Shown here: positions 17,598-28,686 of the stretch, piece by piece
How positions within the stretch are numbered: position 1 is the first letter of the stretch
How the letters are laid out: each line of letters begins with the position of its first letter
IMG/VR virus record: IMGVR_UViG_3300020438_000012
Location: 38,474 to 102,473 of that record
DNA length: 64,000 nucleotides
Direction: 5' to 3' (one strand)
Source: a virus
Translations under genes and position numbers: made by a program
The notes under the pieces: generated by a model
Seen by the model: the letters and a program-made list of their open reading frames with translations, nothing else
What the model was told of the DNA's origin: nothing
The model's database searches: none

Positions 17598-20500
17598 GTG
17601 GCAGACGATCTAGGAACACAACTGGGCATTCAGAACGAGATCAACAAAGTTCTCGTTGCACGCGAAGCAATAATGAAGCGTAATGCAAGCTTGCTTCAAG
17701 GACAGGCTCAGCTTGCTAAAGAACTTTGCAATGCTCTGCGCTGCGAAAATTTAGACGGCATGGATGACCGGCTAAGAGGCATCAACGATGCCATGGAAGA
17801 TGCTGCAAATGCTGCTCAAAATGCCGGAAATAACTTTAATAGCACAACAGAAGAAATTGGGCAAATGGTCGATGAGCTCGATAGCGCTTCGACTTCGACC
17901 AAAGCCTTAACCGCTGCGTCTCAAGGACTTAAGGCCGTCGGCTCGGCTTTTAAGGTTGTCGGCGGATCGATTATGGGAGCCTTTAGTGCTGCATTTAACG
18001 CGGTATCTGCAGTGGCGGCCGGCATTGGAAAAGCATTTAGTGCAATCTTGGCGGCTTCAAATGAAGCTGCAGCTGCCGGAAGGGCCGTGGCGGAAGCGTT
18101 TGAGGACGTTCGTGAAACATTCGGAGACCTTTCGACAGGCGAAGGCTTAGCGGTTACCGAAGCTTTTCATCACGTCGATAAAGCGGCTAACGATTTTGGC
18201 GTAAGCCTAGGAAGCCGTTTTGGTCCTTTTGCCGAGGGTACTGTTGCAAAGCTAAAGGCTATGTCGGCGGCGATGGAGAATCTAGGATCTTTAGGTCCGC
18301 TACTTGAAAAGCAATTTACTGGAAAAGTCGTATTTGCAATGGATAGCCTTGCAAAGGGAGCAGGAATTAGCGGAGAAGCTTTCCAGTCCCTTGCAAATAG
18401 ATCCCTAAACGCAGGCCAGTCCCTGGAAGGAGTTCTTGAGCAGACTTCCAAAAGCATTGCGGCTGTCGCAAGGGGAATCGGCGTTAGTACAAAAACCCTT
18501 GGCAAGAGCTTTGATGCAATCGCTAAAGATGTTTCAAACTTTGGACATCTAACCGTTCAGGAGATGACAAACCTTGCGGCCGTCATGACAAAGACCGGTA
18601 TCACGATGACAACGGTTCAAGGGGTTGCTTCAAAGTTCGATCAGTTCGACAGTGCGGCAGAAAGTGTTGCAAAACTGACTCAAGCGTTTGGCTTAAACCT
18701 TAATGCGATTGATCTGCTAAACGCATCCGATGAAGAGCGACTTCAAATGCTTAAGACTTCCTTCATGCAGCAAGGAAAGTCGATCGACCAACTTAGTAGA
18801 CAAGAGAGAGCTTACCTAGCATCTAGCGCCGGTATAGCAGATTCCGATCTCGAGCGTGTCTTCGGAGACCAAGCTGGCTCAATTGATGAAACTGCAACGG
18901 CGGCCGAGAGAGCACAGGAAGCTCAGATCACCATGGCAGCTTCAATGCAGGAAATGGAGAAGAGCATCAAGAAAATATTCGGCCCTCTTCTTTCTCTAAC
19001 CGGCTTGTTTTCATCTTTCTTTGAAGGGTTTGACAAAGCGTTCTTATTGAGTGGAATCCTAAGTCCTCTTAGGCAAGTACTTCAGGAAATATTTGATCTA
19101 GGTTTTAAGTCCGGGACTGACTTTGCGGCGGCGATTAAAAGTATCAATGAAAATCTAGGCGGCTTGGACGGAGCTCTGGGGGGCTTAAAGAAACCGTTTG
19201 AGATACTCAGGGATTTTTTCTTTGAGATTAAAATTGCATTTCAGGAAGGGTTTGAAGAAGACATTTTTGGAAATAAAACTTTCAACCCCGGCTATCTCAA
19301 AACTGCGTTTCTCAACTTTTTCAATCGTTCTATAACAGTGATTGAATCAGTTGTAACCGAAGTTGCACCTACAATTGCAACTGCCATGGGATCCGTGTTT
19401 GGTGCTGCGATGCAGGCAGTCAAAAATAACCCTGGTGCTATTGCTTCAATTCAGACAGGGGTTAGTGAAGCGCTTACTTTTGTGTTTGATCAACTTACTA
19501 GTTTTCTTACAAGTGGCCCTGGGAAAGCACTAATGATGGCTTCGGCCGGCGCCATTGCTGTCTCTTACGGTCCGATGATAATTGCGATGTTTGCTCCTCT
19601 AATGGCGTTTGCTGGTCCTTCAATCAAAACCGGCCTTGAAGCAGTCGGATCTATATCACCGGCAACGGTCGGCAAAGCTGCCCTAGCAATTGGGGCTCTG
19701 GCACTTCTGGCGTCAGGTAGTCTGTTTCTGTTTGGTCAAGCGCTAGGATCTATGGCCGGATTAACGATGCAAAACGTAAAAGTCGGTGCAGCGGTAATGT
19801 TGTTTGCGCTTGGTAGCATTGGTGCAATTGCAGTAGCGGCCGGTATTATGGGGGCCGTATTGTCCGCACCGCCGATTGTGTTTGCCGTTGGCGTCGGAGC
19901 AGTTGCTATTGCAGCGTTTGGGGTCTTTCTAACAAAGGTTCTGGTTCCGTTAGCTGTTCAAATGGTGGATGGTTTAAAGAAAATTAAGCCTGGAGCTGCG
20001 AAAAAAGCTTCTGAAGTTGCCTCTGACCTAACGTCTGCAGCAGCATCTCTGGCTGCCCTCGGCGCCGTTCTTGCAGGGACAAGTGTGGCTGGTGCAGCAT
20101 CGGGAGTTGTTTCATTCCTAACCGGCGGCAAAATAAGCCCGGAAGATGGTATGAAAAAACTGGTTAGCGTTGGAATGCTTGCTGCAAAACACATGCCTAG
20201 GCTTGACAGAGCTATATCGAAAGCCAACGTCGATGCGGATGCGATTTCAGCATTTACAAGAGACACGATCCGAACCGGTATCAATATATCGAAATTTGCC
20301 GGCGGGATCAAAGAAATGTCTGAAAGTCTAGACATTGCCAAAGAAGCACTTGGTTCTGGAAATGCAGGAGCGCTGGCTGTTGCAACCGCCCTAGTGACAG
20401 ATTATAACTTGGTTGTCGACGAACTTCGAAAGCTAGGACACAACGGTGTTGATCTTGACGCTACGATTGACACGATTCAGAAAGGAATTACAACCAATAA

Positions 20501-20654
20501 AACGAAAATTACAATCGATAGAGATAAGATTGAGTTGAACGTTAAGCTAAATGTCAACCTTGTTGCGGACAAGCTAGCCGAAGCTCTTTCTGACCGAAGC
20601 GTTGTTAGCGACGAATTCAGACTGGTAAGATCCGGCGGCGGAGTGAATGTATAA
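17598..20654 (+). CDS. Tape measure protein
   Basis: 1018 aa, Ala/Gly-rich, helical, hydrophobic central segments; follows the tail chaperones. Confidence 0.8.
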   Translation: MADDLGTQLGIQNEINKVLVAREAIMKRNASLLQGQAQLAKELCNALRCENLDGMDDRLRGINDAMEDAANAAQNAGNNFNSTTEEIGQMVDELDSASTSTKALTAASQGLKAVGSAFKVVGGSIMGAFSAAFNAVSAVAAGIGKAFSAILAASNEAAAAGRAVAEAFEDVRETFGDLSTGEGLAVTEAFHHVDKAANDFGVSLGSRFGPFAEGTVAKLKAMSAAMENLGSLGPLLEKQFTGKVVFAMDSLAKGAGISGEAFQSLANRSLNAGQSLEGVLEQTSKSIAAVARGIGVSTKTLGKSFDAIAKDVSNFGHLTVQEMTNLAAVMTKTGITMTTVQGVASKFDQFDSAAESVAKLTQAFGLNLNAIDLLNASDEERLQMLKTSFMQQGKSIDQLSRQERAYLASSAGIADSDLERVFGDQAGSIDETATAAERAQEAQITMAASMQEMEKSIKKIFGPLLSLTGLFSSFFEGFDKAFLLSGILSPLRQVLQEIFDLGFKSGTDFAAAIKSINENLGGLDGALGGLKKPFEILRDFFFEIKIAFQEGFEEDIFGNKTFNPGYLKTAFLNFFNRSITVIESVVTEVAPTIATAMGSVFGAAMQAVKNNPGAIASIQTGVSEALTFVFDQLTSFLTSGPGKALMMASAGAIAVSYGPMIIAMFAPLMAFAGPSIKTGLEAVGSISPATVGKAALAIGALALLASGSLFLFGQALGSMAGLTMQNVKVGAAVMLFALGSIGAIAVAAGIMGAVLSAPPIVFAVGVGAVAIAAFGVFLTKVLVPLAVQMVDGLKKIKPGAAKKASEVASDLTSAAASLAALGAVLAGTSVAGAASGVVSFLTGGKISPEDGMKKLVSVGMLAAKHMPRLDRAISKANVDADAISAFTRDTIRTGINISKFAGGIKEMSESLDIAKEALGSGNAGALAVATALVTDYNLVVDELRKLGHNGVDLDATIDTIQKGITTNKTKITIDRDKIELNVKLNVNLVADKLAEALSDRSVVSDEFRLVRSGGGVNV

Positions 20655-20878
20655 TGAAAGTTTATGACTATATGATGGAAAACAAGATGCTAAGTGGACT
20701 GATCGATGCGTGCGAATCGGATGATCAGAAAGAAGCCATTAAGGCATACGCAAAAGATGTTTGCGAAAAGTACGAACCATTCCTGAAGAGCGTTAGAGAA
20801 AACGTTAAGACAAAAGATGACAGAGACGCTCTTTTAAAAGCAATTATGAATTCAAGGAAGCGTGGAAATGCCGACTGA
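20654..20878 (+). CDS. Hypothetical protein
   Basis: TAATG-coupled ORF. Confidence 0.65.
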   Translation: MKVYDYMMENKMLSGLIDACESDDQKEAIKAYAKDVCEKYEPFLKSVRENVKTKDDRDALLKAIMNSRKRGNAD

Positions 20879-23800
20879 TCCACCTGACAATTATCTAATC
20901 GATGATACGAATGGAAGCGGAGACTTTAACGAGGGCGACGATCTTAAGCCCGCGTTAAAAAGAACTCTTGGTAGCTTTATTTCTGAGCTTACAAAGACGC
21001 AACCTACCAAGAATTCGTATCAGATTGAACCTGATATTGTCGAGCCGGCATCTTTTCAAGAAGTAACAAACCGAACTCCCGGAATGGTTTCTGCAACAAG
21101 TACGCTTTCTGATTCTTTTATTAAAGAAGTTTCAGAAGATGCAAAGGCTTATTTCGAGTCTCTTAACCAGGGCGACTACGGCGGCGGAAAAAATCCTCTC
21201 ATTGATATATTTGACAAAGAGCTTCGCCAGGCAAAGCACGGTGAAAAAATTGCGGCCATTACCGGGAAAGGCCGAAAAACAAAAATTGAGAAAAAAGTTT
21301 CAGAAGTTCTAAAGAATAACAGGTTTCACCCCGGCGGAAACACTCCGTATGTAAACAATAGAGGGATTTCAAAAGATCTCAGAGTTCAGAAACTTTTTGG
21401 CGAGTACATACCCGAAGGCGAAAACGGCGCTTCCGATTATAGCATCGACGACATGCAGCGAATTGCATATTCGCTTTTGCTCAAAGCATCAGGAAGATTA
21501 CAGTCCGATGACAACCCAGATGAATTTGACTCCGGAAAAATTCTAACGACAACCGGCGGTGAAGGAGTTCAGGTTGCTACGGTACGTGTTGGAAATAAAA
21601 AGGTAGACACCGGCGATATGTACGCCGCAAACGCTTACCAAGGTCCAAACAACGAAAAGATCGTAAAAGAAAATGCTGCCGAATACTTTGTCAACGACCC
21701 TGAATTAAACGAGAAGGCAGGTCCAGGTGGATTCAGAAAGCCTGGAACATCGTTCGGTCAGACGTACAGTCACCTCGAACAATTTGCTCCGTTTGGCGCT
21801 TATTCACCATCGCCTATCGCTCTACTGGTCCCTCAGTTTGTCACAATTGCTGCGTCCACTGCAGCCGTCGGAGCTCTTCTTCAGCTTCTTGTTTTAGGGT
21901 TTGATCTTGGTGCTAACGATTTAGACCCTAATTCTAATGTTTTACCTTTTGGAAAGTCAAAAGAATCCGTAAGAGACACTTCTCCCTTAGGTTTTCCTCC
22001 AAGCTTTCGAAGTATATTAGGGATTCCTTACTTAGAGCACGGTCCTTCTTTGATAGTCAATGTTGCATTAGGTCTTGGCTGGTTTCAGGCAGCTTCGTTA
22101 TGGGGCGGAGCAGGATTTGTAACCTCTGTCCAAAGAACTGTTGCACGAGACGTTGTCGATTTTATGGGAACTTTTACTGATCCCAATGGGCCTTTCTCTG
22201 GTGGACCAATCTCTGACTTATTCGGGGTTGGGGTTGTCATAGACTCGCTACTTAGATCACCGTTCTATCGCTTTGTAGTCGTAATGATGATTATTGGCGA
22301 CAAGATTCAAGCAAAGCGTCTCTACAAGACTGACGATATTGATCCCAAGGATCTCCCCAAGCATAGGGGAGGCGCAAACAGAAAAGTCTCTGGTGAAAAA
22401 TCACTTGTATGGGCCTCGAACCAATCTAAAAGTGCTTACATCGAACCTACACTGTTGCCTAAGGATAACCAATTTAAAAAACCTACAAGTGGCAACGATC
22501 AATTTTTCCCCCTTGAAAAAGGAATCTCTAGAATCTCTGCCGACAATGTAAGGGAAATTGAAGACAACCTCGACGCCGAGTACATGCCTTTCTATTTTCA
22601 AGACCTTAGAACGAATGAAATAATTTCTTTTCATGCGTTTTTGTCTAACATATCTGATTCATATTCTCCAACCATTAATTCACAGACTGGCATTGGTAGA
22701 ATTGAGCCTGTATTGATTTATGGAGGAACAAGCAGATCAATTTCGCTTGAATTTGTTGTTGCTTCACTTAATCCTGCTGACCATAATTCAATGTACACAA
22801 AAATCAATAAGCTTACGACCATGGTCTATCCTCAGTTTTCACGCGGTAAGCAGCTTTTAATTGAAGATGGCGGCAAGTTTGTGCAGCCTTTCTCACAAGT
22901 TCAGACGTCTAGTCCCTTAATTCGAGTCAGACTTGGTGACATTCTTTCTTCGAATTATACAACAGCTGCAATCCAAAGACTTTTTGGCTTACAGAAAGAA
23001 GGTACTTTTGAGTCACCAACGCCACAGCCTGAGGGACAAAGCGCCGGCGACGATAATGCCGCTGAAGTGTCTCAGAAAGAAATTGAAATAGAAGCATCAC
23101 GATACGAAACACCTAAGTTTCCCGGGGATCCAAGCAGCGGACTAAAGCCAGGTGATAAGGTTGATCTAATTGGTCTTCCTAGCATCGGCGTTAAAAAACC
23201 GACAACTTTACCTACGTCACCGTTTGATTTTCAAGTTCCGGTAATTGGTGGCGCCCCGATATCTTTGACAATTAACGCCATGGTCGGGTTTCAGTATTAC
23301 AGAAAAGACCCTTCAGGGTTAAGTCCGAATGCGTTAGTATTAGCCGGTGCCGGCGCTAAGCCGTCGCCAGATTCGGACATAATTTTAAGTGACCCGATAT
23401 ACTCCGCAACATACTCTAAAGAAACTTTTGATGAACTCAGTCGAAACGTTGATTTTCCAATAGTTCAAACTACTACGATTACGCATCGCACATTCCAGGG
23501 TTTTGGATTTTTAAATGGAAAATTTTTAACAGACGAGGCAAGAAGACAGATAGGTGGTGATGCTGCGAACCAAGCGTTTAAAGAAGATTTTTTCGCACCA
23601 GAAAAGAACGCAATTATTCGTAGCTTCGAATCTACGCGCGGAAGAGGCTTGGCGGGCATGATTACAAACCTTGACATTAAGTGGGGAGATACATGGTCGG
23701 TCGACAAAGGATCGAGGGCTCCTAAGTACTGCACAATTTCAATCGGATTCTCGCCGATACATGATATTACTCCGGGAATCGACCATAACGGAATCAATAG

Positions 23801-23879
23801 ATCTCCAATATACGGTGTTGGATCTACGTCTAGATCAATTAGAGGTGGAGACGTTTACGACAGTGAGGACGAATCATGA
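20868..23879 (+). CDS. Baseplate / tail-tube-initiator-like protein
   Basis: Internal MPFYFQDLRTNEIISFHAFL…GRIEPVLIYGGTSRSISLEF…PLIRVRLGD segment resembles tube-initiator domains; position in module. Confidence 0.5.
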   Translation: MPTDPPDNYLIDDTNGSGDFNEGDDLKPALKRTLGSFISELTKTQPTKNSYQIEPDIVEPASFQEVTNRTPGMVSATSTLSDSFIKEVSEDAKAYFESLNQGDYGGGKNPLIDIFDKELRQAKHGEKIAAITGKGRKTKIEKKVSEVLKNNRFHPGGNTPYVNNRGISKDLRVQKLFGEYIPEGENGASDYSIDDMQRIAYSLLLKASGRLQSDDNPDEFDSGKILTTTGGEGVQVATVRVGNKKVDTGDMYAANAYQGPNNEKIVKENAAEYFVNDPELNEKAGPGGFRKPGTSFGQTYSHLEQFAPFGAYSPSPIALLVPQFVTIAASTAAVGALLQLLVLGFDLGANDLDPNSNVLPFGKSKESVRDTSPLGFPPSFRSILGIPYLEHGPSLIVNVALGLGWFQAASLWGGAGFVTSVQRTVARDVVDFMGTFTDPNGPFSGGPISDLFGVGVVIDSLLRSPFYRFVVVMMIIGDKIQAKRLYKTDDIDPKDLPKHRGGANRKVSGEKSLVWASNQSKSAYIEPTLLPKDNQFKKPTSGNDQFFPLEKGISRISADNVREIEDNLDAEYMPFYFQDLRTNEIISFHAFLSNISDSYSPTINSQTGIGRIEPVLIYGGTSRSISLEFVVASLNPADHNSMYTKINKLTTMVYPQFSRGKQLLIEDGGKFVQPFSQVQTSSPLIRVRLGDILSSNYTTAAIQRLFGLQKEGTFESPTPQPEGQSAGDDNAAEVSQKEIEIEASRYETPKFPGDPSSGLKPGDKVDLIGLPSIGVKKPTTLPTSPFDFQVPVIGGAPISLTINAMVGFQYYRKDPSGLSPNALVLAGAGAKPSPDSDIILSDPIYSATYSKETFDELSRNVDFPIVQTTTITHRTFQGFGFLNGKFLTDEARRQIGGDAANQAFKEDFFAPEKNAIIRSFESTRGRGLAGMITNLDIKWGDTWSVDKGSRAPKYCTISIGFSPIHDITPGIDHNGINRSPIYGVGSTSRSIRGGDVYDSEDES

Positions 23880-24169
23880 TTAGACGCTACACTAATGACA
23901 ACAAGATTCGTACTGGCAGAATGATTGGAACTCCAAAGGCTTCAAGAATTCTTTCAAAGGCAGTTCGAAACGGAACAATTCGAGTAAACAATCGAGTGCT
24001 TAAAGAAGGCGAACGGCTAGACTCTATCGCCGGAGAACTCTACGGAGATGCAAGACTCTGGTGGATCATTGCTGCGTGTAGCGGCGTCGGATGGGCGCTA
24101 CAAGCTCCGGGCGGAACAATTCTGAAAATACCGGCTTCGCTGGCGCAAGTTCGGGCATTGGTGGGTTAA
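23876..24169 (+). CDS. Baseplate LysM / tail-X-like protein
   Basis: ERLDSIAGELYGDARLWWIIA…GTILKIP. Confidence 0.75.
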   Translation: MIRRYTNDNKIRTGRMIGTPKASRILSKAVRNGTIRVNNRVLKEGERLDSIAGELYGDARLWWIIAACSGVGWALQAPGGTILKIPASLAQVRALVG

Positions 24170-24170
24170 A

Positions 24171-26981
24171 ATGGCCGTTGATTCTAATGGCACAAGCCTT
24201 GCTGCGCTGCAAGAGCTGGCGGCTTACTTCGGAGGAAAAAGCGAGGTTGAAAACCAGGCATTCACCGTTTCCGAAGGAAAGATGCTTCTTGATGAAGTCA
24301 GAAGCTACTTGCACAAAGAAGTCCTTCCAAGGATTACTCGGAGTGAACTTGGCGGAGCAACAGCTCTGCAGCTTGCACAAATCATAACAACTGGCATCGA
24401 TCAAGAAGATGTCAACGCCGCAAGGAAGATTATTGCAATCACGGCAGAGGCTGGTGCTGGTAAATTTGAAACGGCAGTAAAGCCTTCCGAATGTGTTTTT
24501 GGCCTCGAGTCTGGAGACAACGAAAGCGTGTCGGCAATACAGGTATTTCCGGTGGATCTCAGTTTTTCCGGAAGAAGCAGCGAGATTCTCGATGTTTTTT
24601 TCAACGGAATCCCGAACATCGAATGGTCAAGGTGCGTTCCGTTCTTCGACCTCATGATTGTGTCATCGAGATTTCCCACAGATGAAGGGGGCAAACCGAG
24701 CACCATGAGCCAGTCGTTGTTCCTGTCAAGCGGTGAGTCACTAGATCCAGACATCGGCATGAAGATTGCAAAAGCGAAGCCGGAGGGATTCAAACCACCA
24801 GGCGGTGCCGATGAGGATGAGCAGTTCACGGTTTCCGGGATGGAGCTGTTTACCTCACCACAGACGCTAGTAAACGCCGATAACGAATACTTCGAGGTTG
24901 ACGAAACCGGGCAGGGAGGCACTGCGATCCTAGACCGCTTCCGGCCGTTCATGACAATCAAGTCGTTCGCCGTTAACGTTACACCGGCTTTCGGTCTTCA
25001 GGGATTCAAGAAGGCAAAGATGTCCCTCACCCTGCACGATCGATCTCGCCTAGGGCAGATCGAGCCGCTTGTCCAGCCAGACATGTACGGAAAAACAGAG
25101 CTAAGGGTTGAGTACGGTTGGTCACATCCAGCAATCAACGATCCCGGAACGAATCCTATAGGTGAGTTCCTCAACTCTCTTCGCGTAAAAGAAAAGTACG
25201 GAATCATCAATTCAAGCTTTTCGTTTACTGACGATGGCCAGGTCGACATAAACCTAGAGCTTGCGATGAGAGGTGCTTCGGACTCATTCACCACAAACGT
25301 GAATGACACGGCCACGTCCTCAAACTTGCTCGAGCAGCTGGATGGCACGGTAGAGAAACTGCAGGAAGAATTGTCAAGAATCCGAGGTGCGAACACGAAG
25401 CTCTCGGATGTTGTCGGAAAAACAATCATTCCCGCATCGTCAAGCACGAGCTCGGTTTTAAGAATCAGCGATAAGGATCGAGTCGTAATCCAGCAGTTCA
25501 TAAGAAACAGATCAAATAAAGGGACCGAACTTCAGAAACTGTTGAAAGATTTGTTTGGAACGAAAGGCGACGACGGCCAGAGAGGTAAAATAGTAGATTC
25601 ATCTTCCAGTACCTTTACAGAAAAAATCAGAATCTTAAGTAATGGTAATGATCCGTTTGCCTCTCGATTTCCTTCTCAAGCAATGACGACGGCAGACTAT
25701 GACAATGATTTTTCCACAAGCCGCGGCGTGATGAAAGAATCGTACTGCTCGCTAGGCAAGCTGCTGATGAACTTTGTTGGTGCGCCCCTGGCAGCGACCG
25801 GTAAATTTGATGAAGTGCAGTTCATCTTTTATTCGTTTAATAGGCTGGCTGGCCACGTTAGACATCACAACATTGCTCAGTTTCCAATCAGTGTCAGCGA
25901 TTTCAATACGAAGTTCAAGAAGGAGTTTCCGCTAAAGGACTGCACGATCAGGCAGTTCATCGATTTCATAAATCGTGAATTCATTCAAGACGAGTTTACA
26001 AGCAAGGTCTATCGTCTAGACAGTCTTTATCAGGCCGGAGATGACGGAAATATAGAGGTCAAGCCTGCGTACGAAGACCCGTCAGACCTTGCTGACGAAA
26101 AGACTAAATCACTAAAGCAGGCATACCCAGAAAATTCTTCGATTGAGTTTAGAAAACCCCAGCTTCAAATGGTCATGGAAGCGGTTCCTGGAATCACCAT
26201 TGAAGGTGATGCGTACTCTGTGGACGAGGAAAAAACAATCCTTCGCATATTCATGTTCGACAAGTCGGCAACGACATCAGAGTCGCAGGCAATGATCTAC
26301 AACTCTCTCGCCCGACAGAACTTTGGAATATCCCAAACAACCTCAACCGAGAAGAACGAACTTGATAACAGCGGGTTCGAGGAACAAGGATCGATCGCAG
26401 GTCACAACGAAAGGCTTGCCAAGATTCTTGCAAACCTTGACGCATCGGGTGCAATTGAATCACCGGTCGCGGCAGAAACATCGGAGGGAACTCAGGCTGC
26501 GACCGAAAACCTCATTAAGCCACGCGTTTCTGCAAGAGCGCTCAAGGAAGCTCTCAAGAAAACCACGCCTAGCTGCCTGATCGGCTCGACCGGAAACCCT
26601 GTCATCAACGCTCAGCTTTCTAGCATGAATGATCCAGCATTGGCATCAATTAGAATTGCAAACAACGCCTCTTCGAAGGGCTCAGCAACGGGCAACGACG
26701 ACCAAGGGTTTCCAACATTCATTCAGCCAACACAACTTAACGTCACCATGTTTGGAATGCCACTAATCTCATATGGGACAGAGATGTTCTTTGATTTTGG
26801 TACAAACACAAACGTTGATAACTTCTACGTCTGTACGGGAATCGATCATAGCTTCTCGCCTGGAGAATTCAAGACGAACGCAAAGTTCACACAGGTCGAC
26901 GGGTTTGAGAAGTTCCGATCGGCAATCACCCAAGTTCAGGCCATTCAGTCAACCCTGAAGGAAATCAACGAAAAAGACTAG
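24171..26981 (+). CDS. Baseplate hub-like protein
   Basis: LRVEYGWS; C-terminal FFDFGTNTNVDNFYVCTGIDHSFSPGEFKT; follows the LysM gene. Confidence 0.5.
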   Translation: MAVDSNGTSLAALQELAAYFGGKSEVENQAFTVSEGKMLLDEVRSYLHKEVLPRITRSELGGATALQLAQIITTGIDQEDVNAARKIIAITAEAGAGKFETAVKPSECVFGLESGDNESVSAIQVFPVDLSFSGRSSEILDVFFNGIPNIEWSRCVPFFDLMIVSSRFPTDEGGKPSTMSQSLFLSSGESLDPDIGMKIAKAKPEGFKPPGGADEDEQFTVSGMELFTSPQTLVNADNEYFEVDETGQGGTAILDRFRPFMTIKSFAVNVTPAFGLQGFKKAKMSLTLHDRSRLGQIEPLVQPDMYGKTELRVEYGWSHPAINDPGTNPIGEFLNSLRVKEKYGIINSSFSFTDDGQVDINLELAMRGASDSFTTNVNDTATSSNLLEQLDGTVEKLQEELSRIRGANTKLSDVVGKTIIPASSSTSSVLRISDKDRVVIQQFIRNRSNKGTELQKLLKDLFGTKGDDGQRGKIVDSSSSTFTEKIRILSNGNDPFASRFPSQAMTTADYDNDFSTSRGVMKESYCSLGKLLMNFVGAPLAATGKFDEVQFIFYSFNRLAGHVRHHNIAQFPISVSDFNTKFKKEFPLKDCTIRQFIDFINREFIQDEFTSKVYRLDSLYQAGDDGNIEVKPAYEDPSDLADEKTKSLKQAYPENSSIEFRKPQLQMVMEAVPGITIEGDAYSVDEEKTILRIFMFDKSATTSESQAMIYNSLARQNFGISQTTSTEKNELDNSGFEEQGSIAGHNERLAKILANLDASGAIESPVAAETSEGTQAATENLIKPRVSARALKEALKKTTPSCLIGSTGNPVINAQLSSMNDPALASIRIANNASSKGSATGNDDQGFPTFIQPTQLNVTMFGMPLISYGTEMFFDFGTNTNVDNFYVCTGIDHSFSPGEFKTNAKFTQVDGFEKFRSAITQVQAIQSTLKEINEKD

Positions 26982-26982
26982 T

Positions 26983-27011
26983 CTGTAAAGCCGCTGTTTT
27001 GTGGTTAAGAT
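26983..27011 (+). promoter_or_regulatory. Sigma70-like promoter CTGTAA-17-TAAGAT
   Basis: 17-nt spacing; at the boundary between structural and replication modules. Confidence 0.5.
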
Positions 27012-27016
27012 TTTGC

Positions 27017-28186
27017 ATGCAGTACTTTATCAATAGTTGTGTTATTGGAACCGATGCCCACATGAATGTTCAAGATGGCTATCGATGGACATCAGAGATC
27101 CCTGACGATAAATGGGCTCTTGGAGATAGAAGACATCTCATGAACATCGAAAGCATGGCTGAGTTATTCCGAGCCGAGGTTACGACGTTTATGTCGCTTC
27201 CTCAGGCAAAGTTCTTTTCGTCACTTGGAATCAAGCCAAAAGAAATTGGATGGTCTAAAGCCATCGATCCCAAGGTCTATAGGAAGACTATGGAAGACCT
27301 TATCAGTGGTTGCTCTGGCATCTTAGAGGAACTTGAAAAATCAGGCTATGAAAATACGTACATCAATAATCAGAAGTTTCTAAGAACCCTTCAGGGCGCG
27401 CATGTAGACCAAAAAGCTGTTGAACGAGCAATGAGGACTGAGGGTGACAGCACGCAGCTAACAAACCTTCGTAGTTTTAAGTCCGATTCTGGAGTTGTGA
27501 AAAGGGTCGTATACAATGTTACCGAGAGCTCGACCGGTCGGATGAAGGTTAAGTCTGGTCCAAAGATCCTAACTCTCAAGAGGGAACATAGGAGTATTGT
27601 AAAGTCTCGCTTTACAAACGGTGAAATTATATCAATTGATTATTCAAGCCTTGAGCCTAGGATCGCTTTAGCACTTCAGGGACACAACCCAAAAGGGGAT
27701 GTGTATTCATGGATTGACAAGTCGATATTTGACGGAAAATTAGGAAGGTCAACGGCAAAAATCATGACACTTTCAATCATTTATGGAATGTCTATTCATG
27801 CCGCCGGAAGAAAGTATGGAAAAGTAACACGCAATCAGCAAAAACAATTAAGAGAAATTTTTGGAATCGATAAGATCGAAAAACTAGACGCCGAGTACAA
27901 TGCATATGGCCGGCCTATTTATCCTGATAGCGATCGAAAAAAGTTTAACTCATATATTCAAAGCACTGCTGTAGATGCTGCAGTGCTCGGGTTTTCTAAA
28001 ATACATGATATGGGATGCACAGAAGCAATTCCCTTATTTATGATTCACGATGAACTTGTCTGTGATGTCCCGGAAGGTTACAGCAAGTTTGTCAAACACA
28101 TACTTAGTAATGGGATAACTGTTGATTTGCTTGGAAAGCCTGCAAATCTCGAAGTTAAAGTGGAGACGTTCGGTGGATGCAATTAA
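27017..28186 (+). CDS. Family A DNA polymerase, minimal polymerase domain only
   Basis: STGRM; motif A IDYSSLEPRI; motif B AKIMTLSIIYGM; NSYIQSTA; motif C IHDELV; only ~390 aa. Confidence 0.8.
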   Translation: MQYFINSCVIGTDAHMNVQDGYRWTSEIPDDKWALGDRRHLMNIESMAELFRAEVTTFMSLPQAKFFSSLGIKPKEIGWSKAIDPKVYRKTMEDLISGCSGILEELEKSGYENTYINNQKFLRTLQGAHVDQKAVERAMRTEGDSTQLTNLRSFKSDSGVVKRVVYNVTESSTGRMKVKSGPKILTLKREHRSIVKSRFTNGEIISIDYSSLEPRIALALQGHNPKGDVYSWIDKSIFDGKLGRSTAKIMTLSIIYGMSIHAAGRKYGKVTRNQQKQLREIFGIDKIEKLDAEYNAYGRPIYPDSDRKKFNSYIQSTAVDAAVLGFSKIHDMGCTEAIPLFMIHDELVCDVPEGYSKFVKHILSNGITVDLLGKPANLEVKVETFGGCN

Positions 28187-28667
28187 GCTATTAGTCGAAA
28201 AAAGAACCCGAGCAGGAAATGATGTTGTTTCCTCATATCCCGGGCGACCTCGAGATGATCTAAGGCTTAAAAAGCCAAAAGAGATTTTTAGAAAACTAGG
28301 AATTTCTGGCGCATCGAAAAAAAATACTGCAACCGAGGCCGTGGGTGATTTAATCCAGACCGCAAGGAAAGAGCAAGCATTCAGAAATGCTTTTGGACCG
28401 CCAATCGGTGTTCTGGATAATAATGGAATAAAAGGCATTTTCGTACCAATCGGAAATATCGACATTAAGTCTATGACTCAGTATCTTGCCTTATTCTTAA
28501 TTGCAGCATTTGATGGTGGCTTCATTAGAAATATCGACGACGTTAGAGTTCAGCACGAGACAACCGGCCGTGGGGTAATTGTGTATGCTACGAAAGGCGG
28601 AAAATCTAGGTGGAGCGGTAAAGCAGTTCCCGCTAAAACCACTGAACAAACTGATAAAAACGAATAA
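28173..28667 (+). CDS. Hypothetical protein (probably late)
   Basis: GTG start with GGAG SD; ATACTTAG motif at 28100. Confidence 0.6.
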   Translation: MDAIKLLVEKRTRAGNDVVSSYPGRPRDDLRLKKPKEIFRKLGISGASKKNTATEAVGDLIQTARKEQAFRNAFGPPIGVLDNNGIKGIFVPIGNIDIKSMTQYLALFLIAAFDGGFIRNIDDVRVQHETTGRGVIVYATKGGKSRWSGKAVPAKTTEQTDKNE

Positions 28668-28686
28668 CATTTAACCGGAGGGTTAG

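Noticed and set aside
5343-26981. Extracellular contractile injection system or tailocin rather than a phage
   Set aside because: Major capsid, neck and a full replication module are contiguous with the tail genes.
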